From Promethearchaeota archaeon (lineage in GTDB: Archaea; Asgardarchaeota; Lokiarchaeia; Sigyniarchaeales; SOKP01): DNA of 64,000 nt. The position numbers and the translations under genes are program-made. The DNA is taken from contig JAGXNO010000001.1 of NCBI GenBank assembly GCA_019894975.1, positions 96,001 through 160,000 of the forward strand, given 5' to 3'. Under the pieces are notes generated by a model. The model was not told the DNA's origin. It searched no databases and saw only the letters and a program-made list of their open reading frames with translations. Position 1 is the first letter of the stretch. Each line of letters opens with the position of its first letter. Shown here in pieces: positions 40,132-49,036 of the stretch.

Positions 40132-40770
40132 ATGGTGGTTAAAATGACTGATTATGAAGAATCCTCTATTAAAGATTTGACAGTAGAAATGATAAAGGAA
40201 TTAAGTTTCCAAGAAATTATGGACTTGTTTAAATCCTTAACATCAGCAGATTTTGAAGAAATGGATGGTGAATATGATAGTGCTATGGTTGGATTTATTT
40301 CAGAAAAAAGTGAAAAAGGTTCCAATTGGTGGCTTTATGATACGGAAAGAGGATATTGGATGGGTAAGGCATTTACCCCTTCAAAAAAATTGGAACTAAA
40401 AGGACAAGGATATAATCGCTGGAAGATCGACGGTAAGGAAGAACATCATATGAGATTCCTCACTGATATAAATGAGTCATTAATAGATGAAAAACCTACT
40501 TTTCGACTAAAGTATGCTTCTTTTAAGAATGATGGTGGCATCGTGGATATGACTGATGAAGTCAGAAGGATTCGTAAAGGTTTATATCTCTGTGCTGGTA
40601 TGGCGGGTGATGAAAAACTTCCTCCTGATTTTTTTTGCCTTTGTGGTCCTGTGAATGAATATCAACATCATTCAGAATGGATTTATGGTGATGAAGTTGA
40701 TAAGTTTTCAAAAAAAAGAGCATCCTATAAGAATTATCCTTTTCCTGAAGATCTACAACAAAATGAATAG
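40132..40770 (+). CDS. Hypothetical protein (GXWXG-like beta-barrel candidate)
   Basis: LF..L....EMDGEY...WMGKAF...GYN...DEVRRI..GLYL pattern. Confidence 0.6.
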   Translation: MVVKMTDYEESSIKDLTVEMIKELSFQEIMDLFKSLTSADFEEMDGEYDSAMVGFISEKSEKGSNWWLYDTERGYWMGKAFTPSKKLELKGQGYNRWKIDGKEEHHMRFLTDINESLIDEKPTFRLKYASFKNDGGIVDMTDEVRRIRKGLYLCAGMAGDEKLPPDFFCLCGPVNEYQHHSEWIYGDEVDKFSKKRASYKNYPFPEDLQQNE

Positions 40771-40791
40771 CTCCTTCTTAGTCTTTCAAAC

Positions 40792-41439
40792 TTAATTTAT
40801 TATTATCAGTCCAGCAAGAGTACCTTTGGGAATATCCTTTGCTTCAGCATTACTTCCGATAGGGTAAATATCCCATCCTGATTGGGCAACCATTTTATAT
40901 ACATCTATCCCGACAGCTTCCATTGAAGGACGTGCTCTTAGAGAAAACCTGCATCTTTTACCTTCTAGCGCTAAACAATTTTCCTCTAAACTACAATATA
41001 CGTGCCGGCATGAACCCGCCGCAAATCCAAATGATAGATAATATCCATCATAGAATGCTGCTGATTCTATTTCATTGACGACCTTATATACTTTCTGATA
41101 AGCAGCAATTCTCTCTTTTATTGTAGCCTTATCTCTCACAATAACCTCAGAAGGAAAGTCAATTGCAAAGAAGATTGCCCATTTGTAATTTTCTAGATGA
41201 GATCTTAACTCAGCAGGTTTTAACGTATTTGGTGGACAATGAGCGCAAACTCCGTACCCAAAACATCTCGGAACCTGACATTTTAATGTCACACGCTCAT
41301 CTACAGGGATTTCTTCTACTGTTATAACTCTTGCATTGGTAGCTCCTAGCTCAATAGCTCTTTCTCTGTATTTTTCAATATTATTTTTAAGAGTCGTCTC
41401 ACTTATGCCAAGGGTGATTTTTTTGATTTGTTTATTCAT
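40792..41439 (-). CDS. DUF2284 family predicted metal-binding protein
   Basis: KC..P.C..YG....CPP, AGSC...C...C...C and RPSMEAVGIDV motifs. Confidence 0.85.
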   Translation of the reverse strand: MNKQIKKITLGISETTLKNNIEKYRERAIELGATNARVITVEEIPVDERVTLKCQVPRCFGYGVCAHCPPNTLKPAELRSHLENYKWAIFFAIDFPSEVIVRDKATIKERIAAYQKVYKVVNEIESAAFYDGYYLSFGFAAGSCRHVYCSLEENCLALEGKRCRFSLRARPSMEAVGIDVYKMVAQSGWDIYPIGSNAEAKDIPKGTLAGLIIIN

Positions 41440-41580
41440 ACATCTATCTTATTCAGAAGAAAATTTAAAAATATATAAAATAAAATCATAAGTCAATTCA
41501 ATCAAATAATTTAATTTTATTCTAATATTTATATTATCAATTAGTATTTCAAATAGTATTAAGAATAGTCGGTGGAGTTA

Positions 41581-42810
41581 ATGAGTAAAGATGGACATAT
41601 CAATTTTGAAGATCTTCATTTTCAATATGGAGAGAGTATGACATCAGGTAGTCTTTTTATGTTTACTGATGAAGAAAATGAATTTCGTCAAGAAATTAGA
41701 GAATATGCCAAAAATGAGATTGATCCTTATGTTGCTCAAATTGATCGAGAGCATAATGTAGAATTGACAGTAAAACTTGTACGCAAATTAGGAAAGAAAT
41801 ATTTTCCTTTGGCGTTTCCAAAAGAAATTGGAGGATTTGGAAAAGGAGCTGTATATAGAATGATTTTCGGGGAAGAACTATCCGCAGTACATTACCCGAC
41901 TGGTGTTATATATGGATGCAGCTGTAATCTTTTTGGAGTACCTATTATTCATTTTGGGACAAGTGAGCAACATGAAAAATTTCTAAAACCTATAATGGAT
42001 GGTTCTGCTCTGGGAGCTTTAGGTATTACAGAGCCAACTGCAGGAAGTGATGCAGTTGGGGGGATACGTACAACTGCAGTAAAAAAAAGCGATCATTATG
42101 TAATCAATGGGGAGAAGAGATTTATTACAAATGGGAGTATAGCAAATTATATTCTACTTTACTGTATTACAAATCCGAACGTTCATCCTAGAGAAGGTAT
42201 TAGTGCTATTGTTTTTCCAACCGATACCCCCGGATTTGAGGTAGTGAAAGATTTCGAATTGATGGGTCGCAGAGGTTGTGTGAATTCTCATTTAAAATTC
42301 CATAATTGTGAAGTTCCTGTGGAAAACTTAATTGGGAATGAAAATGAAGGCGTTAAAGTCATGTTATATGGGCTTGATGCTGAGCGTGTGTTTGTTGGGA
42401 GTCAGTATTTAGGAATTTCTCGTTCGGCTTTTGAAATTGCTGCTAGATACTCATCATTACGTGTACAATTTAAAAAAGAACTTAGAAGATTTGAAGGAAT
42501 CAGTTTTAAAATAGCAGAGATGTATATGAACATCGAAGCAGGGAGATTAATGCTATTAAGGGCAGGGAGAATGATTGACGAAAAATTACCGGCTACCAAG
42601 GAAGCAGCAGCAGCAAAATGTCTTGTTAGTGATAATGCCGTGAAAATTGTCAGCGATGCACTCCAAGTTGTTGGAGGAATAGGATACACTAAAGAGTTCC
42701 CCCTTGAAAGATATTATAGAGACGTAAGAATCGCTCAAATTGGGGGTGGAACCGCAGAAATTCTAAGATATCTTGTACAACGAGAAATTTATAATAAACT
42801 TGAATTCTAA
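41581..42810 (+). CDS. Acyl-CoA dehydrogenase
   Basis: GITEPTAGSD, INGEKRFITNG, RVQF, QVVGGIGY and ERYYRD..I..I.GGT.E motifs. Confidence 0.93.
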   Translation: MSKDGHINFEDLHFQYGESMTSGSLFMFTDEENEFRQEIREYAKNEIDPYVAQIDREHNVELTVKLVRKLGKKYFPLAFPKEIGGFGKGAVYRMIFGEELSAVHYPTGVIYGCSCNLFGVPIIHFGTSEQHEKFLKPIMDGSALGALGITEPTAGSDAVGGIRTTAVKKSDHYVINGEKRFITNGSIANYILLYCITNPNVHPREGISAIVFPTDTPGFEVVKDFELMGRRGCVNSHLKFHNCEVPVENLIGNENEGVKVMLYGLDAERVFVGSQYLGISRSAFEIAARYSSLRVQFKKELRRFEGISFKIAEMYMNIEAGRLMLLRAGRMIDEKLPATKEAAAAKCLVSDNAVKIVSDALQVVGGIGYTKEFPLERYYRDVRIAQIGGGTAEILRYLVQREIYNKLEF

Positions 42811-42823
42811 AATACCAGGAATT

Positions 42824-43309
42824 TTACTTCTTAAAAATCATAGTCTCCGGAATCTTAACCGTTATAACCTCTCCTTGAGCACATAATTGTTCAGCTGCAA
42901 ATAATTTCACTTCTGTTGTCACTTTTCGGCCTTTAATCTCTTTTACTTTCCCAATTAAAACTAATTCCTGATCAATTGGTGTTGGTTTTAGATAATCTAC
43001 ATGAAGTGATGCAGTAACATATCTTAATTCTGGTTCTGTTCCTATTTTACGTCCCTCGGCTTTATAAGCTGCAGCTGCAGCTGTTCCAGTGCCGTGACAA
43101 TCAATCAAAGAAGCTATTAATCCCCCATATACAAAACCAGGAAATGCCGTTTGATGTGCTTTAGGTATATATGTAGCAATACTTGATTCTTCCTCCTCAT
43201 TCCAATAGCTTTTTAATTTCATACCAAAATTATTTAATCTCCCACACCCATAACAATGACTCATCTGGTCTGAATAAAAATCTTGAATAGCTTTTTTCTC
43301 ATTCATCAT
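42824..43309 (-). CDS. PaaI / hotdog-fold thioesterase
   Basis: CYGCG..N..G, GFVYGGLIASLIDCH and TASLHVDYLKPTP motifs. Confidence 0.88.
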   Translation of the reverse strand: MMNEKKAIQDFYSDQMSHCYGCGRLNNFGMKLKSYWNEEEESSIATYIPKAHQTAFPGFVYGGLIASLIDCHGTGTAAAAAYKAEGRKIGTEPELRYVTASLHVDYLKPTPIDQELVLIGKVKEIKGRKVTTEVKLFAAEQLCAQGEVITVKIPETMIFKK

Positions 43310-43516
43310 ACTTTTACCTTAACATTTGAAAAAATAAGTTTTCTCTGCTAAATTCTGTAATTATGCCTTTTATTATTATTTTTGCAAATCTTTCCCATAA
43401 AGAAATATTAGCTAATCCAATAGATCTATTTATTTACTCAAGAACCTTATTTTATTTTACGATTCAAATCCAAATTATATATATTATTACTTAATTTAAT
43501 TTAAGGGAAATATCTC

Positions 43517-43741
43517 ATGAAAAAAAAGAATATAGCTTTTATTTTGTTTGCAATCGCGGCATCTAATCTTCTTTCAATCCCAATCAGCCTAATGGTGTTC
43601 CCACCTCTTTGGGAACGTATGGAGATGCCTCTTATTGCAAGACGAATCAGTATCACTATTTCACTTGTAGTGGGACTCATTGCATCCATTGGTCTCTTCA
43701 TTGCTGGATTAATCGTTTATATAAAATTCAGAAAAGAATAA
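43517..43741 (+). CDS. Small two-TM membrane protein
   Basis: 74 aa with two hydrophobic helices. Confidence 0.6.
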   Translation: MKKKNIAFILFAIAASNLLSIPISLMVFPPLWERMEMPLIARRISITISLVVGLIASIGLFIAGLIVYIKFRKE

Positions 43742-43986
43742 ATCATACTAATTTTTTATTTGCTCTTTATAAATTCAATAATTCAGGAAACACAAGTGAT
43801 ACATTTTAAAATATAAATTTAGGAAAATTTTTCATTATAATTTTAAATCCATGCAAAACACAAAAAAATGAATAAAAACTATGCTTAGAAATAAGGTTCC
43901 CTTATTTAATTAAGAATAACCTATTTTTCCACCAATTTTAATTCTATTAGCCGAACTAATAAATACCAAACTTAGCATAGATCATC

Positions 43987-44109
43987 ATGAAAGAACATAA
44001 ATTAATGAACTTTGTTAAACGAAACAGAAAAAATATTATTGGAGCTGTAAGTTTGCTTACTGTTTTTATCTTATTCGTGTGGATTGGTAGTGTCGGATTC
44101 TACTGGTAA
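43987..44109 (+). CDS. Single-TM peptide (40 aa)
   Basis: Manual translation MKEHKLMNFVKRNRKNIIGAVSLLTVFILFVWIGSVGFYW*. Confidence 0.5.
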   Translation: MKEHKLMNFVKRNRKNIIGAVSLLTVFILFVWIGSVGFYW

Positions 44110-44112
44110 TTT

Positions 44113-44195
44113 GTTAAAAATTTTAACTAGCTCCAGTTTTAGATTTTCTGGATAACTCTAAAATTGCCTGCTGAAAGCCCGGCAGGAATTTTTTT
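44113..44195 (+). terminator. Three consecutive inverted repeats ending in a GC-rich hairpin plus T-tract
   Basis: GTTAAAA-A-TTTTAAC (44113-27); CAGTTTTAGA...TCTAAAATTG (44134-66); CCTGCTG-AAAGCC-CGGCAGG (44167-86); then AATTTTTTT. Confidence 0.45.
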
Positions 44196-44368
44196 ATATT
44201 TTCTGCATTGAGAATTTTCTTACGATTGTTAAAAAAATTGAAATTGTGTTTGAATTTATAATAAAACTCAATATATTTAATAAACAATTTTTTGTTAATA
44301 CCTCATATAATACGAGTATACCCTCTTTTTCTCTTATTTTTCAAAATTGTTTTTTATTCAGTTTTATT

Positions 44369-44515
44369 CTAAACTGTTTCTATACCGATCAATTGTTTCT
44401 CTAATTCCTCTCTCTCTCCTTCATAGTCATAGGCATTATACCAATCCCATATTTTTAGAGCAAAATCTACAAACGCGTTTCCTTGAGCAGTAAGGATATT
44501 TTTCTCTTCATACAT
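44369..44515 (-). pseudogene. C-terminal fragment resembling a DJ-1/PfpI family protein
   Basis: MYEEKNILTAQGNAFVDFALKIWDW... resembles the DJ-1 C-terminal NIITA.G....FA motif; no N-terminal part is present. Confidence 0.5.
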
Positions 44516-44640
44516 TTCTGTATAAAACAAAAATGTTAAATATAAGCTGTTGATTAAAGTTGATTAATTATTTTTATTTAATAAAAATACAGAAATCTAA
44601 ATTTAAAAAAAACAAATTAAAAGAATTAAATGTGAAAAAA

Positions 44641-47445
44641 ATGAAAAAAATTCGAATTTCGATTATTGTTCTCACTCTTTTAACTCTTTCAATGCTTTCT
44701 TATATTTCAACAGAAGTACTTGGTCAAACTCAAGATAATACCCAAATAACAACAAACCAAGCAGACCAGAAATTTCCGGCAATCTATGGTGATCGCATCG
44801 TATGGATGGACCGTAGGAACGGCAACTGGGATATCTATATGTACGATCTTTCAACGGGTACTGAAACCCAGATAACAACAAACCCATCAAGCCATGAGTA
44901 TCCGAAAATCCATGGTGATCGCATCGTATGGGAGGACTCGAGGAACGGCAACTGGGATATCTATATGTACGATCTTTCAACGGATACTGAAACCCAGATA
45001 ACAACAGATCCCGAAAGACAATGGTTTCCGGCAATCTATGGTGATCGCATCGTATGGGAGGACGGTAGGAATGGCAACTCGGATATCTATATGTACGATC
45101 TTTCAATGATTACTGAAACCCAGATAACAACAAACCTATCAAACCAATGGTCTCCGGCAATCTATGGTGATCGCATCGTATGGGGGGACCAAAGGAACGG
45201 CGACTATGATATCTATATGTACGATCTTTCAACGGGTACTGAAACCCAGATAACAACAGACACATTAAGCCAGGAGTCTCCGGCAATCTATGGTGATCGC
45301 ATCGTATGGGAGGACGGTAGGAACGACAACTGGGATATCTATATGTACGATCTTTCAACGGATACTGAAACCCAGATAACAACAGATCCCGCAATCCAGG
45401 CGGGACCGGCAATCTATGGTGATCGCATCGTATGGCATGATAATAGGAACGGCAACACGGATATCTATATGTACGATCTTTCAACGGATACTGAAACCCA
45501 GATAACAACACACCTATATTCCCAATGGTCTCCGGCAATCTATGGTGATCGCATCGTATGGTGGGACTATAGGAACGGCAACTGGGATATCTATATGCAC
45601 AAACTTCCTGAACTTGTTCAATTTATATATGGTACCAATTCTGGTCCGGTAGATCTAGATCCACATAATGCGTGGGATATTTCTTCATTTGATGTTATTG
45701 AGCAAGTTGTCGAAACGTTATATGCCTACGATTTACTCGATCCTGAACTTGCCCCCATCCCGAGATTAGCATCGGATTTTGGCACATGGTCAATAGATGG
45801 GTTAAGTTACACAGTTCCACTTAAAATGGGTGTCACATTTCATGATGGAACCCCGTTCGATGCTACAGCCGTTAAATGGAATTTTGATAGATTGGCATAT
45901 TTTATGAATTTAGAAAATCCAACTCATATATCCACATTGTATCTTTGGCATGATGGAACACCGATAATTAACGAGGTAGAGATCGTTGACGAATATACCG
46001 TAAAATTTGTGTTAAATAAACCATTTGCGCCATTTGAATCTTTATTATGTTTTAGTGGATCAGGAATTATGTCACCTACATCAACATCTCCAGAGAATTA
46101 TATTGATACGGCAACTGGAGATTTAGTTGGGACGGGTCCTTTTGTATATGATAATTATGAGGTAGGTGTTGAAGTCACCATGCACGCATATGAAAATTGC
46201 TGGGCGGGTGCTCCATATATTGACGAATTAACATTTTCAATTATTCCAGATATAAATGTGAGAAATCTGGCATTATTAGATGGAACTATTGACTTTTTAA
46301 AAACTCCTGACGATTCATTCTTCCAAACATTTAGAGATGATCCAGATATCACCCTTGTAGATGCTGGGCAAGACGCAACAATTCGATTTCTTGGGATGAA
46401 CAACAGGCTTATAAATGTTTCATTTCGAGAAGCGATTTCTTATGCCATTAATTATACATATATGATTGATGAGCTCTTAGGAGGAGAGGCTGTTAGATTG
46501 AAATCTCCAATTCCATTAGGTATAACGAACGCCAACTGGTCATTTAATGTTCCCATCCTAAATCTCACACGAGCAAGACAAGTCATGCAATCCATGGGAT
46601 TCGGCGTAGGGTTCGACGTGGATAAGGATGCTGAATGGACAACCCAAGCGACATTATCTCCTTTTAGGTCAATTAACTATACATATAATTGGGGTAATAA
46701 ATTCCGAGAAGATATGCTGCTATTATTACAAGATAATCTCGGAAAAATTGGAATCAAAGTGATAGATGCTGGTATGACATCGCGTGAGTATTTTGATAGG
46801 CTCCTTGATATACCACCATATAGTAGAAACCATTTAGAGCTTTTTTGGGTAGGTTGGGTTCCAGATTATAACGATCCGAGCAATATTATAAATTCAATGT
46901 TCTCCAAGAATTCTGTAAGTAATTTCGCGCAAGTAGATGATGATTTAGTACAGCAATGGATGGAAGAAGCCTTAATTACTATAAATCCAGCGGAAAGAAA
47001 AGTTTTATATGATAAGATTCAACAACGACTGATTGAAGTAGTCTTTCCATACGCTTGGGGTTATGTAAGAAGAAATTATGATGCGCACAGTAGCAAGTTC
47101 ACTGGTTTTCAATCAAATCCAATGGATAAAGTGTGGTTCTATACTGTTTCCAGCCAATCTCCAGACGTTAACGGTTATATACAAAACCTACCCGATGAGT
47201 TTTTTGTAAATAATGCTGAGCAACGTAAGAACGCATTATCGGAAAAATTCAATGACGTATTCGAACATATAAATAATGGTGAGTATGAAGAAGCGATAGA
47301 CAAATTAAAGCATGATATTCGTCCAAAATGTGATGGAAGTCTCGGTGGCAATCCTCGGAACGATTGGATAACCGATCCAGAAACACAGCAAGAGTTATGC
47401 GCGATGATTGATGCATTAATCGCATTTTTGGAAACATTGATTTGA
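44641..47445 (+). CDS. Secreted beta-propeller (7 repeats) fused to family-5 ABC solute-binding domain and a helical C-terminal domain
   Basis: Signal peptide MKKIRISIIVLTLL, 7 repeats of QITT...PAIYGDRIVW.D.RNGN.DIYMYDL, and SBP_bac_5 motifs (LDPH, VTFHDGTPFDATAVKWNFDR, GTGPF, GWVPDYNDP). Confidence 0.88.
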   Translation: MKKIRISIIVLTLLTLSMLSYISTEVLGQTQDNTQITTNQADQKFPAIYGDRIVWMDRRNGNWDIYMYDLSTGTETQITTNPSSHEYPKIHGDRIVWEDSRNGNWDIYMYDLSTDTETQITTDPERQWFPAIYGDRIVWEDGRNGNSDIYMYDLSMITETQITTNLSNQWSPAIYGDRIVWGDQRNGDYDIYMYDLSTGTETQITTDTLSQESPAIYGDRIVWEDGRNDNWDIYMYDLSTDTETQITTDPAIQAGPAIYGDRIVWHDNRNGNTDIYMYDLSTDTETQITTHLYSQWSPAIYGDRIVWWDYRNGNWDIYMHKLPELVQFIYGTNSGPVDLDPHNAWDISSFDVIEQVVETLYAYDLLDPELAPIPRLASDFGTWSIDGLSYTVPLKMGVTFHDGTPFDATAVKWNFDRLAYFMNLENPTHISTLYLWHDGTPIINEVEIVDEYTVKFVLNKPFAPFESLLCFSGSGIMSPTSTSPENYIDTATGDLVGTGPFVYDNYEVGVEVTMHAYENCWAGAPYIDELTFSIIPDINVRNLALLDGTIDFLKTPDDSFFQTFRDDPDITLVDAGQDATIRFLGMNNRLINVSFREAISYAINYTYMIDELLGGEAVRLKSPIPLGITNANWSFNVPILNLTRARQVMQSMGFGVGFDVDKDAEWTTQATLSPFRSINYTYNWGNKFREDMLLLLQDNLGKIGIKVIDAGMTSREYFDRLLDIPPYSRNHLELFWVGWVPDYNDPSNIINSMFSKNSVSNFAQVDDDLVQQWMEEALITINPAERKVLYDKIQQRLIEVVFPYAWGYVRRNYDAHSSKFTGFQSNPMDKVWFYTVSSQSPDVNGYIQNLPDEFFVNNAEQRKNALSEKFNDVFEHINNGEYEEAIDKLKHDIRPKCDGSLGGNPRNDWITDPETQQELCAMIDALIAFLETLI
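44740..45597 (+). repeat. Seven tandem 126 bp coding repeats (beta-propeller blades)
   Basis: ACTGAAACCCAGATAACAACA recurs at 44860, 44986, 45112, 45238, 45364 and 45490 (period 126); a degenerate first copy starts at 44740. Confidence 0.97.
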
Positions 47446-47754
47446 TAGATGAATAAGTGTCGTTACCTATAAAATAACCCAAATTTTTTTTTTTCTTTTT
47501 GGATTCTTTTCCTTTAAAAGACTTTTTAGTTTTTTTCCTAATATTACTATTTCAGGTATAAAAATCCTTAAATTCCCAGAATTGATTAAAGAAGAAAAAA
47601 GAATCATTGATCCAATCGTAGCACCTACATCAAGTTTGAAAATTCAAGTATTAGATGTTGATTTTATCAGGGATGATTGCTAAACCTCCTGAACTAACAA
47701 CCGGTGATTTCTTTTAATATGTAATATAGACTATTTCGTGATCTTCTCCACTAT

Positions 47755-47916
47755 TCAAGCCAGAACAAGCAAGAACGGTTTCAAAATCTCAACTCTCACA
47801 ACACTATCGTCGCTTTTCTCGATCAATGAAATTAATGAATCTGAAAAAGTTGCTTGATCAAGAATTCCGCTTTGAAAATGCTCTAAAAGAACCTTCGGAT
47901 TTTTTTCTCCTTCCAC
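47755..47916 (-). pseudogene. Short ORF resembling a truncated helical N-terminus of a larger (HEAT/LRR-type) protein
   Basis: GTG start MEGEKNPKVLLEHFQSGILDQATFSDSLISLIEKSDDSVVRVEILK..*; the resemblance is judged from memory only. Confidence 0.35.
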
Positions 47917-48120
47917 ACTAAATCAATACGCTTTTTTCATATTTAAATTTACCCAAATCAATGATTTTCTAATTTATCGAATAAGACTTTGAATATATCT
48001 CTTATTACTCGCAATTTCTCACCAACTAAAATACCCACTTTCTGATTATATTTAATAAAAAAATTTCGCGTTATTCCGATTTCACCACACCTTCCCCCCA
48101 TTTTCCCTTATTCTATAAAA

Positions 48121-48220
48121 ACATAACCTTTAAATACTTGAGTTAATATTTATTTATTAAATTGTGTCAAGAAAGAATTGACAACAAACAATTCATTGTC
48201 AAGAAATAAAATTTGACCAA
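48121..48220 (+). promoter_or_regulatory. Promoter and leader of the grpE-dnaK-dnaJ-tfb operon with twin inverted repeats
   Basis: TATA-like TTTAAATA at 48129-36; TGTCAA-N7-TTGACA at 48165-83; GTCAA-N10-TTGAC at 48198-48217. Confidence 0.6.
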
Positions 48221-48249
48221 CCAAAAATAGTATTTTAAAAGCATAAAAA

Positions 48250-49017
48250 ATGATGAATATGTCAAGAAAAGGTAAGGGAGATGGAAGATCTATGATGTTT
48301 GATGATATTTTTGACAGCTTTCTTGGAGATCGCGGTTCTCAAACTCGTAAGAGCTCATCAGATAACATTTCAATATCAAAAAGAGAATATGAAATGCTCA
48401 AAGCTAAAGGAGAGAAGTTTGAGGCTTTAGTAGAAGAACATAAGAAAGTGAAAACATGGAATGATCAATTGATGAAAGAAATGGATGATTTGAAAGACGA
48501 TGCTCGAAATTTTAAGGAGTTAGAGGAAGAAAAGGAGAAATTCCTACATTCACTTTTACAGGTAAGGGCAGATTTCGAGAATTATAAAAAACGTCAAGAG
48601 CGTGAAAATTCCAATTACAAGCAATATGTTTTAGAAGGTGTTTTAGCAAAGCTAATCTGCCATTACGATGATCTCGTACGGGCGTTAAATCTGTTAAAGA
48701 TGCTTGAGGGTGCTGAAGGTATAACAAAGGGATTTGAATTAATACTTAAAAATTTTGAGAAGATCATGGAAGATGAAGGAATTCGATCCATGGAATCAGA
48801 AGGTCAGAAATTTGATCCCTATAAGCATGAGGCAATGATGGTTGAGGAGGGGCGAGATGATCTCCCTGAAAATACAATTATAGAAGTATTAGATAGAGGA
48901 TATTTTTTAAAGAGTAAAGTTTTAAGACCTGCGAAGGTCAAAATTTCAAAAAAATCAAAATTACCAACTTTAAATGAAAAAATAGAAAGCAATCAAGATT
49001 ACAAAATTAAAATTTAA
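48250..49017 (+). CDS. grpE: Nucleotide exchange factor GrpE
   Basis: RADFENYKKR, FDPYKHEA and GYFL...VLRPAKV motifs. Confidence 0.95.
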   Translation: MMNMSRKGKGDGRSMMFDDIFDSFLGDRGSQTRKSSSDNISISKREYEMLKAKGEKFEALVEEHKKVKTWNDQLMKEMDDLKDDARNFKELEEEKEKFLHSLLQVRADFENYKKRQERENSNYKQYVLEGVLAKLICHYDDLVRALNLLKMLEGAEGITKGFELILKNFEKIMEDEGIRSMESEGQKFDPYKHEAMMVEEGRDDLPENTIIEVLDRGYFLKSKVLRPAKVKISKKSKLPTLNEKIESNQDYKIKI

Positions 49018-49036
49018 AAAAAAGGAGTGATATAAT

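Noticed and set aside
44672-45538. Antisense repetitive ORFs (144 and 142 aa)
   Set aside because: They are shadows of the propeller repeats on the opposite strand.
44740-45597. CRISPR array or DGR-like repeat
   Set aside because: The period is exactly 126 nt and in frame within a protein, the variable parts are only 3-21 nt, and there are no cas or reverse transcriptase genes in the window.
48137-48160. HAIR (CTTGAGT-N7-ACTCAAG) or CIRCE operator
   Set aside because: Only one CTTGAGT half-site is present and there is no CIRCE sequence.
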